Assembly: GCA_965655095.1 (NCBI GenBank)
Contig: OZ296650.1
Location: forward strand, 134,106,001-134,170,000
DNA length: 64,000 bases
DNA from: Haplodiscus bocki
Taxonomy: Eukaryota
Direction: 5' to 3'
Shown: piece after piece, positions 11,588-23,450 of the stretch
Layout: each line of letters starts with the position of its first letter
Numbering within the stretch: position 1 is the first letter of the stretch
The notes under the pieces: generated by a model
What the model was told of the DNA's origin: nothing
The model's database searches: none
What the model saw: only the letters and a program-made list of their open reading frames with translations
Translations under genes and position numbers: made by a program

Positions 11588-14500
11588 TTTCACAGATTGC
11601 CTGGAGGTGAGTTGACTGATGAGATTTTCCTGAAATTAACTGAAAACTTTGTACCACCACCGAAATCGACTGAAGAATCAACCGTTGAAATCGAGTCAAA
11701 ATTGGTTGTGACAGATACTGTCGATGCTGCCAACATTTGTTGCAAGTGCATGCGTCAAGCCACGGTATATTTTCCGTTCGACATTAAGGCCTACAGCAAA
11801 GTTGGATTGGTTAATAGAAAGTTCGGCAAAAAGCTGAAAAACGAAAATGTACATCTGTGTTGTTTCTGTTATAACTATTGTACTGCACCAAAGGTTAACT
11901 GGCAAATGGCTTGGCCAGCTGTTTTTTTCACGCTCCTTTCTGATACTTCCAGACCCGAAGCTTCTTTAGTCGCTATTTGCTCGCTGTTACCCCTGGAAAT
12001 AAGGCAACATTGGCTAGGGGTAATTACCCTTTTCCCTATCTGCATCCAGCGTGTTTTAAATCGGCCGCGTATTCTTGGCACTTGTACTGTTGATGGAACA
12101 CAGAGATTGAAACGTTTCGAGCAACTAATGAGAACAATGAGACAAAAAGAAATGGCTGAAGCTTTGGACTTGGAACCGTATCCAAACATACGTTGCCCTT
12201 CTGGTTGTTGGACGTTTATCGAAGATCCTGGGTACATACCAGCGCAGCATTTTATAAACTTGATCGACAGAACTTTCACATCATTCCAAGCGTCTGCATT
12301 CAAAAAACTCAGAGGCGCCAGACTCGACTTTTTGCGCCCTTTGATGTGTTTAAAAACGTTTCTAGTGGCTGCCACAGTGCGGTTACATGAGAAAGAAGGT
12401 TTGGTTGTGCAAACTTGTTGTGCGCATGACAGGGGATGTGCGTTACAGTTCTTGCATCCCCCCAGGCATCCGGAGCTGGGACGAATTCCAACTTTGTTTG
12501 AGGAACGATTAGCCATTGCATCACCTTCATTGTCGTTTGTGAGTAGCTTAAAGGCTAATTATGCTAGCCACAACTATCAACTGTTTCGGAGCGTTGGGTC
12601 TTATAGTGGTATGAGTACTGTTTCATTGAGACGTAAACGGCGTTGGAACATCACTAGCAACCGTTTGTTCCAAGCTGAAGGAACTGTCATGTTTTTCAGG
12701 TCAGATATTCCCATTTTAATTAGACAATGGGTTGTTGAAGGTAAATTGATTGAAGATGTCGCCACTGATCTCTCTCAATATCAGCCGGAAAATGAAAAAA
12801 TGGCGGAGCATGTCGGCGTAGATCTTGACACCTGCATTCGATTGACGAAGGTGATGGACAAAAACGAACAAGAACTTTTGAGTAATGTGAAATTTCTTCA
12901 GTGCTACGCTTTGGCTCAACCAAACAATGAACATGGTTGCTCACCTCCTCCTCTGATCAATGATACTGGCGATACACTCTGGTTTCTTCAAGCAGCATGC
13001 TGCATATCTCCATTTTTATGTTCATCCATGGTGTCTGGCGTTAATCACGTTTTCGCAACAAATTTGTTTTCACTGTTGCGTCATACATTTGCTGGGTTTG
13101 GAAAAGAAAGCAAGTTGCAGCGTACTTCACAAGCTCAAGCTGACATTGACAGTATATTGAATAACGCGGCGAATAACAATGACAAGCCAAACATGATTTC
13201 AAACTTTTTTCAGGAGGGTGGCGTGGTGTTGCACGCATTATGTGCTGACTTATGCCATCTGCAGTTGAGCCAAAGAAAAGAATTAACTGAGAAAATTCTG
13301 CGCGACGTAACCGTGGATACGAAACACGTGATCGCTACAACAACTGATGTAAACAATCTGAGGAACAAGGTCAACCCACCTCTCAACGTCGTCCTATTTG
13401 ATGTCCCATTTGAGCTTGTGGGATGTGGTTGTGGTTCTCGGGGTACAGATGCTGTAATTTTGCTTCGGCACGGTGGTCGCTTCTGCAATTTTTGGCGTAT
13501 AGTGAAAGCTAACAAGTTTGCTGAACCTTTGTTGGACTCACCTGAGACCTTACTAGAAAAAATTCTACGAGGCTACTGGACTTTTTTAATCTACCGAGGA
13601 ACTAACTCTAAAAAGGTGTCGACTGTAAAGTGGCACTATCTTAGTAATTTAACCGGTCAAGGAATTTTCATTTGTGACAAACATGATGTTCCGTTAACGA
13701 GGGACTTCCGACGTAGCAACTACTTCTGTCGATGTGGAAGGTCATCATTCCTCAGATGTGCCTACTCAAAATGCAACAGTTGTGTGTGTAAGAAACACTT
13801 CGACGAGGGAATGAAACATCCAAACTTACGAGTTTTAGTTCGACCTACAGCAGAACAAAAATTAACGCCTGAAAAACCGACCGCTGAAGCTGCAATCATT
13901 GCTACACAGTGTGAACTGAATTCCAACTTAGGTAGTTTATGTGAGCAGGACAAAAGCGTTGTTGAACCAGATCTATCCATCAACTGTTCCAGTCAAAACT
14001 CAAGTTCATCATCAATAGCTTCTTTTTTGTGCAACAACATGAACGCAAACTCGATCAGCGAAAGTGAATTGGCGATGAATAAATTGAACGTGTGTTCCGG
14101 TGAAAGGGCCATTGTTGCTGTACAAGAGGCTTTCAGAGAAGAAGACTACAATATTCCTCTCCACATACTGTTGAATTCTCGATGCAACTTACTGTACAGG
14201 AAAAAAAGTCATCCCATTTCCCTGACCGTTAAGGAGAAACGTTTCATGGAAAACATTACAGCTTCTTCAACATCATCAACGCCTTTGCTTCAACCGGAAG
14301 GGCTGCTTTTTCCTTCTATTTTCTGGTGCCAAAGTTCCGATGGCAGCATTGAAGGAGCAATTCCAATATCCCTTTTCCAATCCGAGAAATACAACAAACA
14401 AGTGGGGTTTGCAGGGTTAGAGAACATGCTACGAACTCGCATCACTGATGGGTCGCTTTTAACCTCCAGTCACACATCATATCTTCAGTTCGTTTTTGAC

Positions 14501-14599
14501 TGTCTTTTAAACTTACAACTGAGTAAAACTGATATTCGAATTGTGTTGAACAGAGGCTGGCAAGAATTGGGCAGTACGCCTACTAATTACCAGTACTTT

Positions 14600-15730
14600 T
14601 CCAATGAAACGTTCAAGTTTGATTGTGCAGAATCCCGGAAAAATGTGTGCGAAGTAGCAGCACTCATTAGAGATAAAAACCCCACTTATTTTGTAACATA
14701 CACATGTGGGCAATCTACTCACCCTGGCTTGCGGAAAATTTTTCAGGCTATTGACAAACTTTACCCGCCCGATATGACATCCAAAGAACTGAGATTATCT
14801 GTAATACAAAGTGAATTAATGCCTATGCTTAGATGTTGGCATCGCGCCTCACAGTATGTAATGCAATGGTTGAAATGTTCGGCCGAGCAACCTTTGGGAC
14901 CAATCTCTCACTTATGGATGAGATACGAGTGGCAAGACGAAACTTCGGCCTTTCCACACATCCATGCACTAGTGTGTACCGGAGAAAACAAGTTTGGTCC
15001 GGAAGTTCAATCCCGAGTCTGCTGTTCAAAAGAAACATTCATGGGCGCCTTAAGCAAATGCTGTCCAGCGTTATCGGATAGCGAACGGTTCCGGTTGGGA
15101 GAACTTTTCCAAAAATACCAACGGCACGATTGTGGCAAGGGAAAAAATAGATGTAAAAAAAACTGATTGGTTAGGAAAACCAGTGTGTAGAGTGCCCAAA
15201 TATCCTGCATCAGTTGGGTTCTCTTTTAAAGAAATACAACCTAATTACTCGAAAGAAACTTGGGACTTGTTGAGAAGCATGAAATTGTCCTATATTGACC
15301 CTAACTCTTCAACAGACAAAGTTGAAGAAGAACTTAAAGCTGGAAAACATCACTACCCTGCTGCTTACAAGGAACACATGTCACCAACAAATGCTGCGTT
15401 GTTTGCTTTCACGGAAAGCAGTACGAACGTCCAAATTTGTGACGACGAAATGTGTTCACGATACGTTGCAAAGTATGCTGCCGGTGTGGAAGGTCGGGCG
15501 TTCACAAAGATATTAGCCTCTGCTGGTGAGAATGAAGTGAAAGTCCAAACAGAACATATTGTGAACGAAAAAATCGCCGGAGTCCAAACCAGCGTTACCA
15601 AAAAACGTCAGGATGATGAGAAACGCAAATATGTAACGGGCAGAATTGTTAGCATAACTGAATGCTTGTGGTGGGCTTTGCAGTTGCCGTACGTTTGCAC
15701 AAACATAGATTTCATTCATGTACCAACAGT
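14600..15730 (+). CDS. HUH rolling-circle Rep domain of Helitron/Helentron type (A1; spans a frameshift)
   Basis: Motif 1 PTYFVTYTC, motif 2 RYEWQDETSAFPHIHALV (HUH, ~14921-14968), QRHDC...CRVPKYP, motif 3 SRYVAKY (Tyr codons at 15462 and 15474), and RIVSITECLWWALQLP. Confidence 0.85.
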
Positions 15731-16341
15731 TCCCAAAGAGTTCAGATCAGGAATAGTGATTGAAAAAAAAATTGCGAGCACCATGAACTTCAGTGTTGTT
15801 TTTGCCGAAGCTGTTCGAATTCGGAAAAACTTTCTGAAGCTTCCAAAACATCGACAATTAACAAAAAATCAAGAACTGTTGTTGGCAGATGTGGAAGCGA
15901 GTTCAATTACGCCTGACAAAGTGACCATTTTTGGCCTGAGACCACCGGAGCTTCTGTTTGTCAGCAGTTTGAAAAGTTATTTCAGTTGGTTCGTTAGATT
16001 CAAATACAACATTTCGAAAGGGAAAAGTAGTCATGAGATTTTGTTGAGCCGTGCATCGTGTAATGATTTTTGGGTTGATTGCCTTGGATACGTAATCAAG
16101 ATACGCCCACCCGCTATCTTTGATTTTCTTGATTTTTGTGCAACAAGAAGTGGTAACCCGAGGGACGAATTTTTGAAAGAGGAGTGCCGCAAACACATTG
16201 TCCCCAAATTGCAAGGAGCCAACAGTTGCCCCAGACTAGTGGCGTACAATCTTTGTTTCTCAGATCAAAAAGCCATAGTGGTTTTCACAAATACTCTGCC
16301 CAGTAGTCCAACAAAGTTCTTGTTGCACTTTGTGCTAACAT

Positions 16342-18666
16342 TTGGTTCGTTTGACACCGAACTGGACATTCTCTGTTTCATCTCTCGGGGAATCTTTTGT
16401 AGCTGCCAAACTGGTGGAGCGTAACAACATTACTGTATCAGTCGTCCGTCTACTAGCTCGCCGGTACCTTTTGCAACAGCTCCGCTTTGTGCCAGGATCC
16501 TCTAAACTCATAGACAAGTTTTTGTTGATGGCAAACAGCGTTCTAGGAGAAGCACTGTTAGAAAACAATTTGTATTTTGCATCCGGGGTACCAGCTGTCT
16601 TAGATCGCACTTTTTCTGCCGACTCCGAAGAAAATATTGCTGTAGATTTGACAATGAACAAGAGTAGATTGGTGGAGTTCTTACACACATGTCAAATGGG
16701 ACTTCCAAGCGAAGAAAGTATGATAGATGCTTCTGTAACTGCACCCGTTGCATGGAAACCCGACTTTGGTAGACATCCTAGCCAGACAGTGAAGTCGTAC
16801 TGTGAACAGACTAAGATTTTGAAACATTTAGTTGAAATCGTGGACTTGTACAGAGGAGGAACACAAAATTTCGTCAGACATCAAATCATTGCAGGGGCAC
16901 CAGGAACGGGAAAAACGTTCATCATGTTGAGAGCTCTGAGTTATGCAATAAGTCAAGGACTCAATTGCATGGTAACTTCGCTGGCGGCCGAAAGGTCGGC
17001 TGCTTTAGCTGGCAAGCATCTGAACGCTCTCATTCCTTTCCCGGTGGAAAAAAATGGAACTGTTAATTCTTTGTCTCGAGTAGCTTTGTCCAGCTTGCAG
17101 AAATCACCGGACAAAAGTCGGTTACTCCAGAATTTGGATGTATTGTTCGTTGAAGAGATTTCGATGATCTCTAGTGAACTTTGGGCGGTCACGGACCACG
17201 TTTTCCAAATCATCTGCTCGAACTACGTGCCATTTGCTGGGAAACTAATCATTGCCACAGGAGATTTTTTTCAACTTCCTCCACCAAAAGGAAGTTGTCT
17301 GATCAGTTCTTCATTCCCCTTAACAACTTTTCATTTTAGTTTCCTCCAACACTTTGTGCGTATGCAAAATGAAACAGGTCAGAAAGTTTTGTCACTCATG
17401 TCAACTTTTCCCAGAACAACTGCCATGGGAAAGCAAATTTGGAATTTGATCGAGCGAAATTGCAATTTCGTAGAATGTTGGGATGACGTACCAAATGATG
17501 CAATTCGAATTTTTGCTACTCGCAAAGCAGAAAGATATGCGACGTTGAAAAAAATTAATCAAGTGAAAGACAGTGGTTCCCAGTTCCATGAAAGTTCATC
17601 GACAGATGAAATGTGCGTGTCAAGTACGGACAACTGGATAGAAGCTTCTGGAGCGGTAACAAAGTTTCTAAACAAGAAATGTTTGGAGCCACAATCGTTG
17701 TTTCTGTTCCCCGGAGCAATTCTCCGACTCACCGTGAACAAGCCAAATGTGATGGCTTTCCAAGGACAACTCTGTGTTTTGGTCTCCCTGGACTCATTGG
17801 CTGACAACGGAACAGTAACTGTTGCCTTGGCACCTGCTGGTTGCCGATCTATTCCACCAGTCTCTGTAATACGAAGTACCTGGAGATGTATTGTCCTTGC
17901 AAAAGAAATTGGAGTGAACATTCGTCTAAACCACAGGACTATTTGTCGCAGAATCCAATTCCCCCTCAAATTGTACGTGGCGTCAACTATTCATAAAACT
18001 ATAGGCGAAACACTCCCAACAGTTGCTACGCAGATTGTTGGAGCTCAAGAGTTTTCGCTTTGGTTGCCAGAGCAACTATACGTAGTAATGAGTCGTGTTC
18101 GATCACTGGTGGACATCACTTTCGTGCGATCGAAGCAGTCCAACGAAGGAGCCATCCTGAGTTTGCTGAGTAAAAAGTCACAGTGGTCGGAGCTGAGTAC
18201 CGAAATCCTCCAGAAGTGTTCTTCCCGTGACCCAACGATCTTCCATGGTGCTACAAACCCTTTTCCATCAACCATCAGTATACCGCAGGAGAATGTTGGC
18301 TACTGTTACCTTATTCAGAGCGTCCCCCAAAACAACTTGTTATATATTGGTTCAACAATGTGCCTCAATCGACGAATTCGTGAACATAATGTTGGCTTGG
18401 GAGCATCATTCACACAGGATCCCTCTCGAAGACCTTGGGTTTTGTGTGCTTATGTGACCGGCTTTCTTGCAAGCAGCTCAACGGATCGAATAAGGTTTTT
18501 TGAAAAACAGTGGCTTGAGGCAGTTACTAAAGTGCTTAACTTGAGGAAGAAGAACGTCTCCCTCCCGAATGCATTGTCAACAGCAGAAAACTTAATCATA
18601 AATTGGCCTCATAAAGAAGATGTCTTGAAATTGGTAGCTTGCTGTAATCAGCCCATATTACCTTAG
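16342..18666 (+). CDS. Pif1-family SF1B helicase fused to C-terminal GIY-YIG endonuclease (A1)
   Basis: Helicase motifs GAPGTGKT, LFVEEISM, GDFFQLPP, FPLKLYVASTIHKT and QLYVVMSRV. Then GYCYLI...LYIGST...RRIREHN...RPW...VTGF...FEKQW from ~18298. Confidence 0.9.
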   Translation: MVRLTPNWTFSVSSLGESFVAAKLVERNNITVSVVRLLARRYLLQQLRFVPGSSKLIDKFLLMANSVLGEALLENNLYFASGVPAVLDRTFSADSEENIAVDLTMNKSRLVEFLHTCQMGLPSEESMIDASVTAPVAWKPDFGRHPSQTVKSYCEQTKILKHLVEIVDLYRGGTQNFVRHQIIAGAPGTGKTFIMLRALSYAISQGLNCMVTSLAAERSAALAGKHLNALIPFPVEKNGTVNSLSRVALSSLQKSPDKSRLLQNLDVLFVEEISMISSELWAVTDHVFQIICSNYVPFAGKLIIATGDFFQLPPPKGSCLISSSFPLTTFHFSFLQHFVRMQNETGQKVLSLMSTFPRTTAMGKQIWNLIERNCNFVECWDDVPNDAIRIFATRKAERYATLKKINQVKDSGSQFHESSSTDEMCVSSTDNWIEASGAVTKFLNKKCLEPQSLFLFPGAILRLTVNKPNVMAFQGQLCVLVSLDSLADNGTVTVALAPAGCRSIPPVSVIRSTWRCIVLAKEIGVNIRLNHRTICRRIQFPLKLYVASTIHKTIGETLPTVATQIVGAQEFSLWLPEQLYVVMSRVRSLVDITFVRSKQSNEGAILSLLSKKSQWSELSTEILQKCSSRDPTIFHGATNPFPSTISIPQENVGYCYLIQSVPQNNLLYIGSTMCLNRRIREHNVGLGASFTQDPSRRPWVLCAYVTGFLASSSTDRIRFFEKQWLEAVTKVLNLRKKNVSLPNALSTAENLIINWPHKEDVLKLVACCNQPILP

Positions 18667-19593
18667 TACCTTAGAGAAACACTCACAAACTACTTATCAA
18701 ATGATTCGTCGACTGTGAAATGTGACCAAGTGAATGCCTTCTCACAAAAAAACTTGAAGTTCATTATTTAATCAACACCTGAAGTGAATATTTAAACGTC
18801 CAACGTATATCTTCAATTTGTCCGGTGGTTTCGAGAGGTGCACGTATGAAGTTTTTCGTATGTGTGTTTTTGCTTTTTGTTGCGTTTAAAGAACGCTGAA
18901 TTTGTTAATTCTAAATGTTGTTTCTCTTGCTAATTACAACAATTCAATTGTTCGATTTGTGATGTCTTTGAGAGTAGTCTGCAGAATATTTAGCCAACGT
19001 ACTCTTTTCCATTGAGCTTAACGTTTAAGTAAGTTTAATACAAAACTTTCTCGACATTATTCATTTGCGGAAAAGAATTTGCTGCACTTTTCCATGCTGC
19101 ACTTTGCTGCACAACATGCTTTTTGGAACCTTAAAATAGGTACATTAGGTTTTCATAAACTGCACCTTAACAATGAACGTTCCTGATTGCCCACTGTATT
19201 TAAAGTTGATTGATTAGTAAATTTAACTTTTTGCACTGCATTTTTAGCGTATGCTTGTCGAACACTTTCTTTTTTGTTTGTCCTAATAACGATATACTCC
19301 CAGATAATGTATGATAAAAGCCCTGTACTTCTTCTTGTTTCGACCGCAAGGTGAAACACTTGGTAAAACGTTAATTCTATACCAAAAAGCAGACATACTC
19401 AAATGAGCAAATAAATATTTAGAGCTTCTGGAACAAAGTTATTTTCAGCTCTTGCGTTTTATACTCCAACATAATGCTAATGACAGTTGTTTTGTGTGTT
19501 CCATCATAGTGTACCTATGCTGTTGGAATCATTATTTGTCGTTTTTTTTGTCTTCGCCCCTTGTCGTTGCTTTTCAATGTTCTGCAGATCGAA

Positions 19594-20359
19594 ATGAAAC
19601 ATCTTATCATAGCTGATTCTCTTGGAAGAAGACTTGCCAGGAAGCACGAAAACCTGGAAGTGAAGTTCTTCCCTGGTGCCACGGCATCTTGCCGTGGGGT
19701 AATTGACTGTTTAAGAAACCTAACAACGTTTTATGAATCAATCATTCTGTTCATCGGGGGAAATGGACTTACAAGCCGGGGCAGACAACGGGGAAAGAGT
19801 CCTGAGCAAGTGAGTAATTTATTCAACACAATGTCAAATTGCTTGCGACTGAAAACGTTTTAGAAAAATACTGGTTGCAACATCAGGGTGCATTGTGTAT
19901 GAGTCGATACGCGGGCAATATTTCCCTGCGAAAACATTTTCCAATTAATGACCAGAGCTTCAAATGCAACTGAAAGTATTTTCTTTTTATTTTCTCCAAA
20001 ATTTGAAGAAAGTTGAACAAAATCAGACGAAGTGCATCTTCAGCTAAAAAAAATTTGTTAACTCTTAGGTGGTTCGAGACATTATGTACCTCGTGCGTCT
20101 GGCCACTCCAATGTGTTACAGAGTATACTGTCTGGCTCTAGTCATGAGATCCGAACCTTGCTTCCTAGATATCAAAAGGGTGAACGATGGACTCAGAAAC
20201 TCTTCGAGTCAATACAATTTTGTGTCGGTTGCTAGCAAAATGAGCTCCGAGAGGAATTTGATGGATGGTTTGCATTTATCTCGTCACGGTGTTTCCAACT
20301 TGATGTACATTCTAAGGAAAAGAGTTTTGGGTACTGTACTACGTTTTTCTGACCTGTGA
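19594..20359 (+). CDS. SGNH/GDSL-hydrolase-like protein, 2 exons (19594-19809, 20069-20359), ~168 aa
   Basis: Blocks IIADS, FPGA and FIGGN lie in exon 1 and DGLHL in exon 2. Phase-0 intron CAA|GTGAGT ... CTCTTAG|GTG (19810-20068) joins them in frame. Confidence 0.82.
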
Positions 20360-21682
20360 TAAGTACAAGTAACAAAACCTTCGTGAAGTAGTTGTTGATT
20401 AATGAACGCAGTCTCTAACATGGTACCCTGTGTTTGATTTTTTGGTAATGGCGTGTTTGTTCCCTTTCCTCGTTCTTTTATTTCAAATTATGAAAGTTGA
20501 CTGGAAAATTGTCATAATGTGGCCGACAAAATTCTGATCAATTGTAACTGTTTAATGCCCACTGTTTTAACAGAGCGTCGCAGAATACGTACACCTGCTC
20601 ATTGTCGACTGGGGTTCTGAAAGCAATCACATCCTTTTGCAGCTGAAAGAGAGAAAAAAGTGTAGTGGTAAACTTGGACGACCAATGTTATGAAGGCTTC
20701 TTTCAGTAAATTCGATTAAACAGATATTCCTATTTTATCATGCAGCAAACAAATGGGACTTATTGGTTGTTTTACTGTGCATACAATTGGAATCGACTTT
20801 AAAGTGATCTGAGTTTTTAGTTTTTGTAACTTCTTAACAAAGTTAAATGATTTTCTTGAATAAATGTCGGTGTATTTCGTGAAAACTTTGAATTTGGCAT
20901 GTTGTGTTGTTTTTTTCTGTATGTTAGTTTCTTTCAGTTACGTTTTTCCATAAACTTTGAATACTGCTAAACCTATGATTGTTGCTCTTTGCTCAGCATT
21001 GACTTTATGCCTGTTGTTTTTTTGTAGCTAATTGAACTTCTCATTGAAATGAAACATTCCACAGATTACTTGCCTTGAAATATTGTTTTACGTAGCTTCA
21101 AGTTAACTTCATTTGTTTAAGTCAAAAAATGCCGATTGTTTCATTTCTTTTGAATTGCTCTCATTGTCTGTGCAATGAATTGTTTTTTTAAAAAAAAACT
21201 TTTTCTTTCATGTTAGACTGGTTGTCATATAAAAGAACATTTTTATCCTGAATTAACACGTTTTCAATCCGTATACTCTTTTCATTTGCATTTACAGCCA
21301 TTAATATTCAGTGAAAGTTCATTGAAGATTGTAATTGTGACCAAACATACTCCTCATTCACTAAAGACTGAACTTTCAGACCGTTGAAACGTGAAAAAAT
21401 GTTGAAAGAAGTCAGTTGCACCATTTGCGTGGCATCACTTAAAGGAACATGTAAATTTTTTCAATAGAAAAATAGCAAGAACTTTTCTATCAAACATTTT
21501 AATGTATACTAACGATACTCACTGTGACGTGGAATTTTAATGAAATTGTATTTGATCATGTTGAACTTCATCTTGTTTGTTTTAAATTTTGAGAAAAATT
21601 AGTTCTGCGTCCTGGATAGGTTGACAAAATGTCACTGTGTAAACCGCGTTGTATAAGATGATGCTTGAAGAGATTGTTCCAG

Positions 21683-22704
21683 ATGATGACCACCCGTGTA
21701 AAAACGGCCCAAATAACTGCTCCCAATTTCTTGCGCAACAGTGAGAACACATTTATCCGAGGTGTTGTTTTGGTTTTTAAAAAATTTGATCGTCCCCTAC
21801 AGTTATTTCGACCGCAAGCTGTAAAGCTGTAAAAGCTAAAAGAATGACCCCTGACACAAACTATGATCGCCTAATCATCATCGGCGAAATCCAGACGCGA
21901 GAATGCTTTGCAATAATAGCAGATTCTGCGCAGAAAAGTTCACTCCTTTTTGTTGACCGAAAATTAACTATTGGTGCCATCGTTGATGTGAAAGAAGCTA
22001 TTTTTTCCAACTCCTGCCTTGGTAACGATCGAACCAATCCAATTTTCAACGTGTCTCTTCCGTTAGAGGTAGTTATCGACGACCTGCCAATGGAGCCTAT
22101 TCCTATCGATTTGAATCCCTCGACGGGTGCAATGTTCCACTTCTGTCTCCCACACCGACCCCTTTCGTTTTTGCACGCTATTCCTGTGTTTCCGACTTGT
22201 TCCGGTTTTTTGTGCGACAGAAGAAATAGAAAAAACGAAAGCATTTGTGCATGTTTGCAAAAATCAACTTTGTCAGCATGGGTCATGTCAGCATGGGTAG
22301 TTAGTCAGGACATACTGAATGAAGACGATGATCCTCTAACAGGTGATATTCTGCAAAGTTTGTCATTGACCAAACTTTTTTGTGAGGAAGCTATCATTAG
22401 ATCGGCATACACATCAATTGACAGGGGACTTTTGAGAGAAGCTGTCATGCGTGTTGCTAACCATGTTAATAACAATGGTGGGTGGAGAGTGTCAGGCTTC
22501 TACAAAACTGCTTTAACAGAAGAAAACATTGCGCAAAATGTTCAAAGGGTGAGAATTTGTCGAATCACTCCAGCGATTGAGATCCCTGTGAACTTGAAGT
22601 ACAATGTGATTCCTTGGAATGGAGATGATACAAACCAGCCACCACGCCTTTTTCACGCTAACGCAAATTTGCCGGCAAGTAACAATGCAAACAACATGAG
22701 ATGA
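21683..22704 (+). pseudogene. Conserved ~330-aa Cys-cluster accessory gene (A1), frameshifted by an 8-nt duplication
   Basis: Aligns end to end with B ORF 43192-44184 (FLRNSxNTxIRG, DRPLQLFRPQA, CLGNDRxNPI, CSGxxCDRR, CACLQK, NxNGGWRxSG). Extra GCTGTAAA at ~21818-21825 relative to A2. Confidence 0.8.
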
Positions 22705-23450
22705 ACACTTAATTGAACCAACAAAACTCAAACAAATCTTATGTCAATCACTGTTGTGATAATTTTTACTACAGTTACAAATACTTGATTACCGGTTCAA
22801 CACAGGTATTAGAGACATTTAAAACAAGGTGCAATGAATCATTCAGCAAGCTACCGAAAGTTGTTTGCATGCAACATCGACTGTCACAAGGCATTCGACC
22901 GTAAGGTGTTTGCCCAAAACTAATAGATCAATTGTCGTTAAAGAAAATGAGAGTTGTCATGAAGTGGATTTGTTTTATGTGCATCCAATTGAACTTACAA
23001 GGGTTGCTACCATTCAAGATACTGAGATTTCACTTTGTATTACTGGTCAACTTTATTTAGCACAGTTTAAGTTGTTTTCTGTAGTTGATACGTATAATGT
23101 TCATTAAAAATTAGGGTCATTCAGGAAAAGTTTGTGTGCAGTTCTTTATAACTAATCACCTCAAATCTAATTCAATGTCCACTGAGACAGAAAATTTGCT
23201 ACAGTTTTTTATAATTTTAACATAATTTTGAAAATTTCTGTTACAAATAATTCGGAATTGAAAGAAAAAACTGCAACGAGTTTTTATGAATTGGCCCAAG
23301 TAAAAATTTTGCGTCACCGACATTTTCCCAGCCCAGTAGTTCAGTACAAACTTTCAGCAATGCTTGATTGCCGCCTTCAGAATGTTGACGGATTTCAGAT
23401 GAAGTAGAGAAACTGACCTTTTACCTGGTTTTTCTTCTTCCACGAAAAAT

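Larger units (their letters stand above)
10571..18666 (+). pseudogene. A1 polyprotein: OTU / Cys-rich region / HUH Rep / Pif1 helicase / GIY-YIG, interrupted
   Basis: ORFs 10544-11587, 11597-15166, 15132-16424 and 16342-18666 are collinear with family B. Lesions: in-frame TAA at 11585-11587, frameshift in an A-run at ~15155-15163, frameshift at ~16369. Confidence 0.88.

Noticed and set aside
11261-11595. Intron from GAG|GTAATT to TTTCACAG removing the in-frame TAA
   Set aside because: The donor is phase 0 but the acceptor needs phase 2; the join gives ATT GCC TGG AGG TGA.
11875-12516. 213-aa antisense ORF (also 28813-29454, and 54277-54930 on +)
   Set aside because: Shadow frames opposite the polyprotein, with no motifs and not conserved between A and B.
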